From: Acidimicrobiales bacterium
GTDB taxonomy: Bacteria; Actinomycetota; Acidimicrobiia; Acidimicrobiales; JAUTXP01
Reading direction: 5' to 3'
Length of the DNA: 64,000 nt
Assembly: GCA_035651095.1 (NCBI GenBank)
Contig: DASRGI010000190.1
Coordinates: 2,941 to 66,940, forward strand
A program made the position numbers and the translations under genes. Below are positions 30,385 to 38,867 of this stretch, one piece after another. The notes beneath the pieces are model-generated. The model saw nothing but the letters and a program-made list of their open reading frames with translations. It did not search any database and was not told the DNA's origin. Position 1 is the stretch's first letter. Each line of letters begins with the position of its first letter.

Positions 30385-31152
30385 TCATGTGTGCCCGCAC
30401 GAGAGGCCACCGTCGACGTACAGTACTTGGCCGCTTACGTAGCCAGCCGATTCGCTCAGCAGAAACCCGCACACATTGGCAACGTCTGCCGCTGATCCGG
30501 CCCGGCGAGCAGGCACCCGGGACAGGAACTTCTCGTAGGCCGCGGGCGCCGCCTCCCGGAAACTGGCATTGGCCGGCGTCTCGATCACCCCCGGGCACAG
30601 CACGTTGGCCGTGATCCCGGAACGGCCACCCTCGATGGCCGCCGTCTTGGCCAACCCCACCAGGCCGGCCTTGGCCGCCGCGTAGTTGGCCTGCCCGAAG
30701 TTGCCGTCCTTGGCCACCGACGACATGGCCACGAACCGGCCGAAGCCGTGGTCGACCATCTGGGGCCACAGGGCTCGCAGCAGGCGAAAGGGCCCGGTGA
30801 GGTCGACGTCGAGCACGCGGCCCCAGCGGTCGTCGTCCAGCTTGGGCACGCGGTCGTCGAGGAAGATCCCGGCGTTGGCCACGCCGGCCACCACCGGGCC
30901 GAGGGCGGTGGCGTCGTCGATCAGGGCGGCCAGCGTGTCGCCGTCCGACGCGTCGCCCACCCGCGTCACCACGCCCGGGCCCTTCAGATCGGCCAGGCCG
31001 GCGCCGTCCAGGTCCAGGGCGGCGACGCGCCACCCGCCGTCGAGCAACACGCGAGCCACGGCCGCGCCGATGCCCTGGCCGGCGCCGGTGACGACAGCGA
31101 CGGCGCCCTCGGGGCGCGGTGGGTTGGACGCGGTGGTTCTTCGGTCGATCGG
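30385..31152 (-). CDS. SDR-family oxidoreductase whose Rossmann motif lies upstream of the first canonical start codon
   Basis: The ORF track starts at GTG 31059. However, the in-frame codons at 31060-31152 encode ...PEGAVAVVTGAGQGIGAA and contain no ATG, GTG, TTG or CTG. The catalytic YAAAK motif is present. The true 5' end is unresolved. Confidence 0.6.
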   Translation of the reverse strand, partial: PIDRRTTASNPPRPEGAVAVVTGAGQGIGAAVARVLLDGGWRVAALDLDGAGLADLKGPGVVTRVGDASDGDTLAALIDDATALGPVVAGVANAGIFLDDRVPKLDDDRWGRVLDVDLTGPFRLLRALWPQMVDHGFGRFVAMSSVAKDGNFGQANYAAAKAGLVGLAKTAAIEGGRSGITANVLCPGVIETPANASFREAAPAAYEKFLSRVPARRAGSAADVANVCGFLLSESAGYVSGQVLYVDGGLSCGHT

Positions 31153-31160
31153 TCAATAGA
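31145..31160. promoter_or_regulatory. Operator-like site B, TCGATCGGTCAATAGA (13 of 16 matches to site A)
   Basis: It lies in the 20-nt gap between the divergent SDR and crotonase genes. Confidence 0.4.
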
Positions 31161-31169
31161 ATCAGGTCC

Positions 31170-31985
31170 GTGCCAGAAGGTCAACGACCGCTCCTCGTCG
31201 ATCTCGACGACGGCGTGCTGGAGCTGACGCTCAACCGGCCCCACGTGCGCAACGCCCTCGACCACGACATGGAGGCCATGCTCGAGACGGCGTTGCAGCA
31301 CGCCCACGACGACCCGGCGGTCCGGGCCGTCACCCTCACCGGCGCGGGCGGTGCGTTCTGTGCGGGCGCCGACCTGTCGGCCATGAAGTCCCGACCCCAT
31401 CGGGCCGACCTGCCGCCCGAGGATCGGGTCCGGGCCCGGGCCGACGAGCGGGACCGCCTCACGTGGGCCTTCGCCAATGTGGTCCGCCTGGCCGAGCTGC
31501 CCCAGCCCACCATCGCTGCCCTGCAGGGGCCGGTCGCCGGCGCCGGCATCGGCCTGGCCGCGGCGTGCGACATCCGCATCGCGGCGGCGAGCACCCGCTT
31601 CGCCATGGCCTTCGCCCGCGTGGGCCTGCCCGGGGACTGGGGCGTCACCCTGCTGCTCTCCGACCTGGTGGGCCGGGCCCGGGCTCGCCAGTTGTTGTTG
31701 CGAGCGGCCGTGGTCGACGCCAAGGAGGCCCAGGGCCTCGGCCTGGTGGACGAGGTGGTGCCCGACGACCATCTGGACGACGCCCGGCGCACCCTGGCCG
31801 CCGAGTTGGCCGCGGGACCGTCGGCCGCCTACGCGGCCACCAAGCGGCTGACCGCCCTGCCCGGCCTGCGCGACCGCATCCGGCAGGAGATCGAGGCCAC
31901 GCTCGAATGCCAGGAGACGGCCGACCACGCCGAGGGCGTGCGGGCCTTCCTGGACAAGCGCCCGCCGACGTTCACTGGCCGCTGA
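31170..31985 (+). CDS. Enoyl-CoA hydratase/isomerase family protein
   Basis: GTG start within ORF 31119..31985. Contains LTGAGGAFCAGADL...GPVAGAGIGLAAACDIRIA...EGVRAFLDKRPPTF. Confidence 0.85.
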   Translation: MPEGQRPLLVDLDDGVLELTLNRPHVRNALDHDMEAMLETALQHAHDDPAVRAVTLTGAGGAFCAGADLSAMKSRPHRADLPPEDRVRARADERDRLTWAFANVVRLAELPQPTIAALQGPVAGAGIGLAAACDIRIAAASTRFAMAFARVGLPGDWGVTLLLSDLVGRARARQLLLRAAVVDAKEAQGLGLVDEVVPDDHLDDARRTLAAELAAGPSAAYAATKRLTALPGLRDRIRQEIEATLECQETADHAEGVRAFLDKRPPTFTGR

Positions 31986-32005
31986 CCCCACCCCCCCCTT
32001 CCGTT

Positions 32006-32048
32006 CTCGTGACCCACACTGGGTCTCTGGCGGCGCCAGCGTCACGAG
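32006..32048. terminator. Nested inverted repeat (CTCGTGAC...GTCACGAG with inner CTGGCG-G-CGCCAG) between convergent genes
   Basis: Read directly. No U-tract is present. Confidence 0.4.
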
Positions 32049-32061
32049 CATGCCGGGTGGG

Positions 32062-32466
32062 TCAGGTGGCGTCGGCCCGGCCCGCCTCCAGGACCCACTC
32101 GGGCAGGGGTTGGGGCTTCATGGTCGACATGTCGACCCACACCCGCACGATGCGGCCCCGCCCCACGACCGTGCCCTCCTGGTTGGTGAACTCGTGCTCG
32201 CACGTGAAGCTCGTGCGCCCGCCGGGGACGATGCGGATGTGCTGCAGGATGCTGTCCCCCGCGCCGGTGGGCGCCACGAAGTCGCACTCGGCGTGGACGG
32301 CCGGGCACGTGGTGCCCGAACCGGCGTGCTCGGCCACGGGATGGCCCAAAGCCTCCATGTAGTCCTGGTCGCCCTCGGACATGTACCGGAAGTAGCTGGC
32401 GAAGAAGATGAGCCCGGACAGGTCGTCGTCACCCAGGTAGACGGTCCGCCGCCGTTCGAAGGGCAT
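32062..32466 (-). CDS. Hotdog-fold acyl-CoA thioesterase (4HBT/YbgC-like)
   Basis: 134 aa, with VYLGDDDLSGLIFFASYFRYM... Confidence 0.7.
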   Translation of the reverse strand: MPFERRRTVYLGDDDLSGLIFFASYFRYMSEGDQDYMEALGHPVAEHAGSGTTCPAVHAECDFVAPTGAGDSILQHIRIVPGGRTSFTCEHEFTNQEGTVVGRGRIVRVWVDMSTMKPQPLPEWVLEAGRADAT

Positions 32467-32858
32467 CAGGAACCAGCCACCCAGGCGACCTCGCCTCGCG
32501 CCACCTCGGTGCCGTCGGCCCCGACGGCCCGCACGTCGGCCACCACCAGGTCGCCTTCGGTGCCGCGCACGGTCACCTCGGTGGTGAGCACGCTGCCCGG
32601 GAACACCGGGGCGGTGAGGTCGACCTTGAGGCGGCGCAGGTTGTCGACGCCGACGTGACGGCTCACCGCCGCGCCCACGTAGGACACGGCGAAGGTGCCG
32701 TGGGCGATGACGCTCGGGAGCCCGATGTCCTTGGCGAACTCGTCGTCCACGTGCACGGGGTTGGGATCGCGCATGGCCACGGCCATGTAGGCCAGGCGCA
32801 TGCGGCTGATCTCCGGCGTGGTGAGGGGCGGGGGGGTGGTGGGGGTGGGGTCGGTCAT
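32466..32858 (-). CDS. MaoC-like (R)-specific enoyl-CoA hydratase subunit (HadB/ChsH1-like)
   Basis: Internal ATG of ORF 32466..33173. Contains RDPNPVHVDDEFAKDIGLPSVIAHG. Confidence 0.8.
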   Translation of the reverse strand: MTDPTPTTPPPLTTPEISRMRLAYMAVAMRDPNPVHVDDEFAKDIGLPSVIAHGTFAVSYVGAAVSRHVGVDNLRRLKVDLTAPVFPGSVLTTEVTVRGTEGDLVVADVRAVGADGTEVARGEVAWVAGS

Positions 32859-32863
32859 GTCGG

Positions 32864-33277
32864 TCAGCCTCGTTGGATGGTGGTCGAACGCTCCCGGGCG
32901 GCGAGGGTGCCGTCGGGTAGGCGGTACTCGGTGGTGAGCTCCACGAAGGTGAGGTCGCCTCGGGAGCCCGACTTGGTGAAGTGGTTGGACACGAAGGGCG
33001 CCACGGTGAGGGTGTCGCCCACCCGGATGGGGGCGAAGAACTCGGCGTCCATGCCGCCGTACACGGCCTTGCGGAAGTCGATGTGGAACGAGTCGTGCAC
33101 AGCGTCGGCGCCGTACATGGTCACGTACATCAGGAAACCGGGTGGGACGGGGTTGCCCGGCTCGGGTGCCCACCCCTCCTCGGGGGCGACGCCCAGGGCC
33201 TCGACATAGAGGCCGACCCGCCAGGGGTCGAGGGTCACGGTCTTCTCGGGGAAGCGATGGCCGGCTTCGACGGGCAC
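32864..33277 (-). CDS. MaoC N-terminal-type hotdog subunit (HadA/ChsH2-N-like)
   Basis: GTG start with RBS GAGAGGAG. Contains FDPWRV-like TLDPWRVGLYVEALG...VYGGMDAEFFAPIRVGD. Confidence 0.7.
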   Translation of the reverse strand: MPVEAGHRFPEKTVTLDPWRVGLYVEALGVAPEEGWAPEPGNPVPPGFLMYVTMYGADAVHDSFHIDFRKAVYGGMDAEFFAPIRVGDTLTVAPFVSNHFTKSGSRGDLTFVELTTEYRLPDGTLAARERSTTIQRG

Positions 33278-33304
33278 GGCGCTCCTCTCGGTCCTCGGCG
33301 CTAG

Positions 33305-33320
33305 TCGATCAATGAATCGA
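33305..33320. promoter_or_regulatory. Operator-like site C1, TCGATCAATGAATCGA (13 of 16 matches to site A)
   Basis: It lies in the divergent region between the MaoC pair and the thiolase gene. Confidence 0.45.
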
Positions 33321-33372
33321 TCAGGAGAGGATAGGGACGCAGTCGCGCTCGATGCAACCGTCCGTCCCGTCG

Positions 33373-33416
33373 TTGACACCGGAGGTATCCGTAGGTTAAA
33401 TAGATCGATAAATCGA
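33373..33416 (+). promoter_or_regulatory. TTGACA / TAAATA promoter-like pair followed by the short palindrome TCGATAAATCGA (site C2)
   Basis: An AT-rich tract upstream of the thiolase ATG. It has the same TCGAT/ATCGA half-sites as site A but a 2-nt spacer. Confidence 0.4.
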
Positions 33417-33458
33417 CTCGGCCGCTCAGGCCGGGTGGTCGGAACGCGAGGGGGGTGC

Positions 33459-34622
33459 ATGCGAGACGTCGCGGTCGTCGGTACCGGCGTGACCAAGTTC
33501 GGCAAGTTCCTGGACGTCCCGCTCCGGGCGTTGGCCCACGAAGCGGTGGGCAAGGCTCTGGTCGATGCAGGGGTCGACGCCAAGGCCATCGAGGCTGCGT
33601 ACTGCGGGAACGCCATCGCCGGCCTGATCACCGGGCAGGAGATGGTGCGGGGCCAGGTCGCCCTGCGCACGATGGGCATCGGCGGCATCCCCGTGGTCAA
33701 CACCGAGAACGCCTGCGCCAGCGCGTCCACCGCCCTGCAACTCGGGTGGATGTCCGTGGCCGCCGGGCTCTACGACATCGTCCTCGTCCTGGGCGCCGAG
33801 AAGATGACGCACCCGGACAAGCGCCGTTCGATCATGGCCGTGGCCGCCGCCCTCGACGTGGAGGAGCCGGTGGACCCCGACGCCATCTCGCCCTTCATGG
33901 ACGTGTACGCCGAAAAGGTGCGGTCCTACCTCGATCACTCGGCCGCCACGGCCGAGGACTTCGGGCTGGTGGTGCGCAAGGCCCAGCACAACGGGTCGCT
34001 GAACCCCATCGCCCAGTATGGCGGCGACGTGTCGGTGGCGGACGTGCTGGCGTCGCCCATGGTGGCGCCGCCCCTGACCCGCATGATGTGCTCGCCCATC
34101 GGCGACGGCGCCGCCGCCCTCGTCCTCACCTCGGCCGACGCCCTGGCCCGGTTGGGTGACGTGCAGCCGGTGTGGATCAGGGCGTCCGTGCTTCAGTCGG
34201 GATCGGACCCCGGCGACGGACCCCAGGCGGGCGCCCGCGTGGCGGCCAAGGCGTACGAGATGGCGGGCATCGGTCCCGAGGACGTCGACGTGATCGAGCT
34301 GCACGACGCCACCGCCTCGGCCGAGATCATGCGCTACGAGACCCTGGGCCTGGCGCCCGAGGGCGACGGGGCCAAGCTCATCCGCGAGGGCATCACCGAG
34401 CTGGGCGGTCGCCTGCCCGTCAACCCCAGCGGCGGGCTGCTGGCCCGGGGCCACCCCATCGGGGCCACCGGCTGCGCCCAGGTCGTGGAGCTGTGCGACC
34501 AGCTGCGGGGCCGGGCCGGCGCTCGCCAGGTGCCGGGGGCGCGGGTGGCGGTGGCGCAGAACGGCGGTGGTTGGGTCCGAGGAGATTCGGCGGCTGACTG
34601 CATGCACGTCCTGACCACGTGA
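33459..34622 (+). CDS. SCP-x/Ltp-type thiolase-fold protein
   Basis: 387 aa from the internal ATG. Contains NTENACASASTAL, GGLLARGHPIGATGCAQ. Confidence 0.85.
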   Translation: MRDVAVVGTGVTKFGKFLDVPLRALAHEAVGKALVDAGVDAKAIEAAYCGNAIAGLITGQEMVRGQVALRTMGIGGIPVVNTENACASASTALQLGWMSVAAGLYDIVLVLGAEKMTHPDKRRSIMAVAAALDVEEPVDPDAISPFMDVYAEKVRSYLDHSAATAEDFGLVVRKAQHNGSLNPIAQYGGDVSVADVLASPMVAPPLTRMMCSPIGDGAAALVLTSADALARLGDVQPVWIRASVLQSGSDPGDGPQAGARVAAKAYEMAGIGPEDVDVIELHDATASAEIMRYETLGLAPEGDGAKLIREGITELGGRLPVNPSGGLLARGHPIGATGCAQVVELCDQLRGRAGARQVPGARVAVAQNGGGWVRGDSAADCMHVLTT

Positions 34623-34629
34623 CCGACTG

Positions 34630-36564
34630 ATGGCGACCCTGATGACCGAGATCCAGCCGGCGGCAGCAACACACCATTGGCAGCCTTCGGGGCCGGGCCG
34701 CATCGATGACGAGGTCCGGGAGCGCCTGGCCACGCTGCCCATCGGGAAGGCCATCCGGGCTCGGGCCACGCTCACGCCGGGCGACGCGGTGGTACGGGTG
34801 AAGGAAGGGGGGGTGTACCGCACCCGCACCTGGCGCCAGTACGCCGAGGACATCGAGGTGTTCGCCCGGGGCCTGCTCACGCTGGGCGTGGAGCCCGGTG
34901 ACACCGTCGCCATCATGGGCGACCCCGCCTACTGGTGGATGGTGGCCGACGCCGCCGTCATCTCCATCGGCGCCGTCTCCTTCGGCATCTACACGACGTG
35001 CTCGCCCGAGGAGATCCGCCACCAGGTGTCGACCGCCGGCGCCCGGGTGTTCATCGCCGAGAACCAGGAGTACGTCGACAAGCTGCTGAGCCTGGGCTCG
35101 GCCTGTCCCTCTGTCGAGCACATCGTGGTGGACGACGTGCGTGCGCTCTTCGGGTACGACGACGAGCGCATCATGCCCCTGGCCGACGTGGCCGATCGGG
35201 GCCGGTCGGCGGGGCCGGACCTGCAGGCCCGGTTCGCGGAACGGCTGGCTGCCACGGACGCCGACGACGTAGCGCTGCTGGTCTTCACGTCCGGCACCAC
35301 GGGGCCGTCCAAGGCGGCCACCATCAGCCATCGCAACTTCCTCGTGGGTGGCGCCTTGGAGTTCTGCGACACCTTCAAGGACATGACCGGCCCGGGCGAG
35401 CGCCGGGTGCTGGCCCACCTGTCGTTGGCCCACGCCTTCGAGCGCATCTTCGCCCTCTACACGCCCATCCTGTCGGCCGAGGTCGTGCACATCGGCGAGG
35501 ACCTGGAGTCGCTCGAGCAGACGCTGTTCGAGGTCCAGCCCTACTACTTCCACGCCGTCCCCCGCATCTGGCAGAAGATGGCCGCCCGGGCCGTCACCAA
35601 CATCGAGCGGTCGAGTTGGATCAAGCGCCGGTCGTACCAGGTGGCCATGGGCATCGCCCGCCGCCGGGTGGCCGGCCTGTGGGAGGGCAAGCGGTCGCTG
35701 CCGGTCGGCGTCGCCTACGCCCTGGCCCGGTTGGTGGTGTTCCGGCCCATGCTGCGCAAGTTCGGTCTGGCCCAGGCTCGCTACGGCCTCACCGCCGGGA
35801 CCCACGTGCCGCCCGAGGTGCAACGGGTGTGGCAGTGCTGGGGCCTCAACCTGGTCAACGGGCTGGGCATGACCGAGGTCGGTTACGTCGCCTTCCAACG
35901 GCAGCGGTTCCCCAAGCCCGGCTCGGTGGGCCAGAAGGTGCGCGACCTCGAGGTGAAGGTGGCCGAGGACGGCGAGCTGCTCTACCGGGGCGCCGGCGTG
36001 TTCAAGGGCTACCTGGGCCAGCCCGAGGGCACGGCCGAAGTCATCACCCCCGACGGGTGGTTCCACAGCGGGGACGTGGGCCGCATCGAGCCCAACGGCG
36101 AGGTCGTCCTCGTCGACCGCAAGAAGGACATCATGATCACCGCGGGCGGCAAGAACATCACGCCCAGCCTGATCGAGAACCTGATGAAGGCGAGCCCGTT
36201 CATGAGCGAGTTCGTCCTCATCGCCGACAACCGCAAGTTCCCGTCGGCCCTGGTCGAGCTGGACTACGAGACGGTGTCGGAGTGGGCCCAGAACAAGGGC
36301 CTGGTGTTCACCGGCTTCACCAGCCTCACGCAGCTGTCCGAGGTCCAGTCGCTGATCGCGGCCGAGATCGACAAGGGCAACGTCGAGCTGGCCCGGGTCG
36401 AGCAGGTGAAGAAGTTCAAGATCATCCCCAAGGAGCTGGACCCTGAGGAGGGGGACACCACCCCGACCCGCAAGGTTCGCCGCCGGCAGTTCGAGTCGAT
36501 GTTCCAAGACCTCATCGACGAGATGTACGCCGACGAAGCTGCCGAGTTCGAACGACTCGGCTGA
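34630..36564 (+). CDS. Long-chain-type AMP-dependent acyl-CoA synthetase (FadD-like)
   Basis: 644 aa, with LLVFTSGTTGPSKAA (AMP-binding motif), GWFHSGDVG and DRKKDIMITAGGKNI. Confidence 0.9.
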   Translation: MATLMTEIQPAAATHHWQPSGPGRIDDEVRERLATLPIGKAIRARATLTPGDAVVRVKEGGVYRTRTWRQYAEDIEVFARGLLTLGVEPGDTVAIMGDPAYWWMVADAAVISIGAVSFGIYTTCSPEEIRHQVSTAGARVFIAENQEYVDKLLSLGSACPSVEHIVVDDVRALFGYDDERIMPLADVADRGRSAGPDLQARFAERLAATDADDVALLVFTSGTTGPSKAATISHRNFLVGGALEFCDTFKDMTGPGERRVLAHLSLAHAFERIFALYTPILSAEVVHIGEDLESLEQTLFEVQPYYFHAVPRIWQKMAARAVTNIERSSWIKRRSYQVAMGIARRRVAGLWEGKRSLPVGVAYALARLVVFRPMLRKFGLAQARYGLTAGTHVPPEVQRVWQCWGLNLVNGLGMTEVGYVAFQRQRFPKPGSVGQKVRDLEVKVAEDGELLYRGAGVFKGYLGQPEGTAEVITPDGWFHSGDVGRIEPNGEVVLVDRKKDIMITAGGKNITPSLIENLMKASPFMSEFVLIADNRKFPSALVELDYETVSEWAQNKGLVFTGFTSLTQLSEVQSLIAAEIDKGNVELARVEQVKKFKIIPKELDPEEGDTTPTRKVRRRQFESMFQDLIDEMYADEAAEFERLG

Positions 36565-36600
36565 TCACACCAGACAGCAACAACACACACATGGAGGGGG

Positions 36601-37896
36601 TTGCACAACGTGCGAAGCTGGCGTAGCTGGAGCGCTCTGCTCGTCGTGCTCGCGCTGTTCGCCGGCGCGTGTGGCGGCAGCGGGGGCAGCAAAGGCGCGA
36701 GCAGTGACACCACTGCCGCGGCCGGGAAGAAGGCGACGGGCGAGCCGATCCGTGTCGGGTGGTTGACCGACGCGACGTCGGTGACCCGGGGGACGTACTT
36801 CCCCGAGTACGAGGGGGCGAAGCTCTTCTTCTCGAACCTGAACGACAACGGGGGCATCGATGGTCGCCCGGTCGAGCTGTTGGTCGAGGACATGAAGATC
36901 GACCCGCAGTTGGCGGTCACGGCCGCCACCAAGCTCATCAAGGAGCGCAACGTCATCATGCTGGCGGGGGGCACCATCGAAGGTCGCCTGCCACCGGTGT
37001 TCGAAGTGGTCCGGGCCAACGGCGTGCCGTTCCTCACGGGGCACAGTGCCCGGCCCGACATGTTCCCGCCCAAGCCCGACCCGCTGCTGTTCACCGCGGG
37101 CAACGTGTTCGAGGCCATGTCCGACGCCCGGGTGAAGTTGTGGCCGAAGGTGTTCGACAAGGACTTCCCGAACGGTGGCACGTCGGCCTGCTACATCCAC
37201 GAGGCGCCTGCCGCCTTCGCGGTGTGCAACCGCTGGCTGGATCAGCAGCAGAAGGCCACCCCGCAGTGGAAGCCCGGCACCATCGCCAAGGCCCCGCTGC
37301 AGACCACGGACTTCACCAACTACATCCGCCCGGTGGTGGACTCCAAGCCCACGGTGTTCTTCGACATCTCCATCGCCTCGCACGCCATCGGTGCCGCGGT
37401 CAGCGCTCGGAACCTGGGTTACCAGGGCCCCATCGCCTTCTCGATGACGGCTACGCCGGAGACCGACATCAACGAGGTCATCAAGCAGGTGGGCGGCCAG
37501 AACATCTACGCCCTGAGCAACGTGACGTCGATCGACGAGACCCAGGTCCCCGAGGTCAAGAAGGTGATCGACATGGCCAAGAAGTACGGCACGGAGATCG
37601 CCCCCAACTCGGGCACCCTCAACGGGTGGATGATGGCGATGATCATCGCCGACTCCCTGAAGCGCTGCGGCGCCGGCTGCGACCGGACCAAGCTGCGTGA
37701 CGCGGTGGAGAAGACGAACATCGACACCAAGGGCCTCACTGGCGGCAACATCGCCTACGGCCCCGACGATCACGTGGGCAAGCGGTACTGGACGGCCTAC
37801 AAGTACGACACCTCCAAGAAGACGCTGGTTCGTGTCGTCAAGGACTGGATCACGTTCGACCCCAAGACCGATCTGCTGGCGCCACTCGCCAAGTAG
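36601..37896 (+). CDS. ABC transporter substrate-binding lipoprotein (Liv/branched-chain-amino-acid type fold)
   Basis: 431 aa with lipobox LFAGAC and IRVGWLTDATS... Start is TTG 36601 or GTG 36610. Confidence 0.85.
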   Translation: MHNVRSWRSWSALLVVLALFAGACGGSGGSKGASSDTTAAAGKKATGEPIRVGWLTDATSVTRGTYFPEYEGAKLFFSNLNDNGGIDGRPVELLVEDMKIDPQLAVTAATKLIKERNVIMLAGGTIEGRLPPVFEVVRANGVPFLTGHSARPDMFPPKPDPLLFTAGNVFEAMSDARVKLWPKVFDKDFPNGGTSACYIHEAPAAFAVCNRWLDQQQKATPQWKPGTIAKAPLQTTDFTNYIRPVVDSKPTVFFDISIASHAIGAAVSARNLGYQGPIAFSMTATPETDINEVIKQVGGQNIYALSNVTSIDETQVPEVKKVIDMAKKYGTEIAPNSGTLNGWMMAMIIADSLKRCGAGCDRTKLRDAVEKTNIDTKGLTGGNIAYGPDDHVGKRYWTAYKYDTSKKTLVRVVKDWITFDPKTDLLAPLAK

Positions 37897-37913
37897 CGGT
37901 CTGACCTGTTCTC

Positions 37914-37948
37914 GGCCCGCGCCCCTGTTCCCCCCCGGGGCGCGGGCC
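37914..37948 (+). terminator. Perfect 12-bp GC stem (GGCCCGCGCCCC / GGGGCGCGGGCC) after the binding-protein gene
   Basis: Read directly. It lies 18 nt after the stop codon and 32 nt before the next gene. Confidence 0.55.
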
Positions 37949-37979
37949 GACGACCACCTGAGGAATCCCCCGGACAACC

Positions 37980-38867
37980 ATGGATCTCACCGTCTTCGTC
38001 GACATCGCCAAGCTCGCCGGCATCTACCTGGGGATGGCCCTCGGCTTCGTGATCGTCTACCGGGCCTCGCGGGTGCTGAACCTGGCCCAGCCCGGACTGA
38101 TCATGCTCGGCGCCTTCGCGACGTTGACCTATCTCCCGAAGTACGACAGCGGTCCGCGAGCCACGCCCGCGTTCTGGCTCACGGCCCTGGCTCTCGTGGC
38201 CGGCGGCGCCGTGGTCGGTCTCGTGGTGTACGTGGCGCTGGTGCGGCCCATGGCCGGCGAGAGCCGCGTGTCGATCGTGCTCATGACGCTCGCCGTGCTG
38301 TTCCTGCTCGAAGCCGCCGTCGAGGTGCACTGGCGGGGCGAGCGGGGCTTCATGTCCTTGCCCGGCAACCAGGTCAACTACACGATCTTCGGTACCCACG
38401 TGCGCCTCTTCGACCTCGTCCCCCTGGTCGTGGGCCTGGCCATGTGGTCGGGCGTGGCCGCCTTCTACAAGTGGTCGAAGGCGGGCATCCGCATCCGGGC
38501 CGTGGCCGAGAGTCCCGCCCTGGCCGCCCGGCGGGGCATCAACATCGATCGGATCGGCGCCCTGTCGTGGGCGCTGGCCGTCGCCGTCGCCGTCGTGTCC
38601 GCCTTCACCAGCGGGACGCAGGGGCCGGTGAGCGGGCTGCTCGTGGGCAGCGCGCTGAAGGGCTTCACCGTCGCCCTGGTCGGCGGGCTGGACAGCATCG
38701 GTGGGTTGTTGCCGGCGGCGCTGATCGTGGCCGCCAGCGAGGTCATCACGGTGCGCTGGGTGGACCAGCAATGGGGTGAGGCCATCCCCTTCGTGGTGCT
38801 GCTCGTCGTCCTGATGATCAAGCCATGGGGCCTGGCGGGCACGGTCGAGGAGCTCGAACGTGTCTAG
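37980..38867 (+). CDS. Branched-chain-type ABC permease (LivH-like)
   Basis: 295 aa, multi-TM, with a typical LivH-like sequence. Confidence 0.85.
   Translation: MDLTVFVDIAKLAGIYLGMALGFVIVYRASRVLNLAQPGLIMLGAFATLTYLPKYDSGPRATPAFWLTALALVAGGAVVGLVVYVALVRPMAGESRVSIVLMTLAVLFLLEAAVEVHWRGERGFMSLPGNQVNYTIFGTHVRLFDLVPLVVGLAMWSGVAAFYKWSKAGIRIRAVAESPALAARRGINIDRIGALSWALAVAVAVVSAFTSGTQGPVSGLLVGSALKGFTVALVGGLDSIGGLLPAALIVAASEVITVRWVDQQWGEAIPFVVLLVVLMIKPWGLAGTVEELERV

Noticed and set aside
30338-31156. 272-aa minus-strand ORF in an alternative frame of the SDR gene
   Set aside because: It is Arg/Gly/Pro-rich. The other frame carries the SDR catalytic and cofactor motifs.
34420-36507. 695-aa minus-strand ORF
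   Set aside because: It is antisense to the FadD-like ligase, which has clear AMP-binding motifs.
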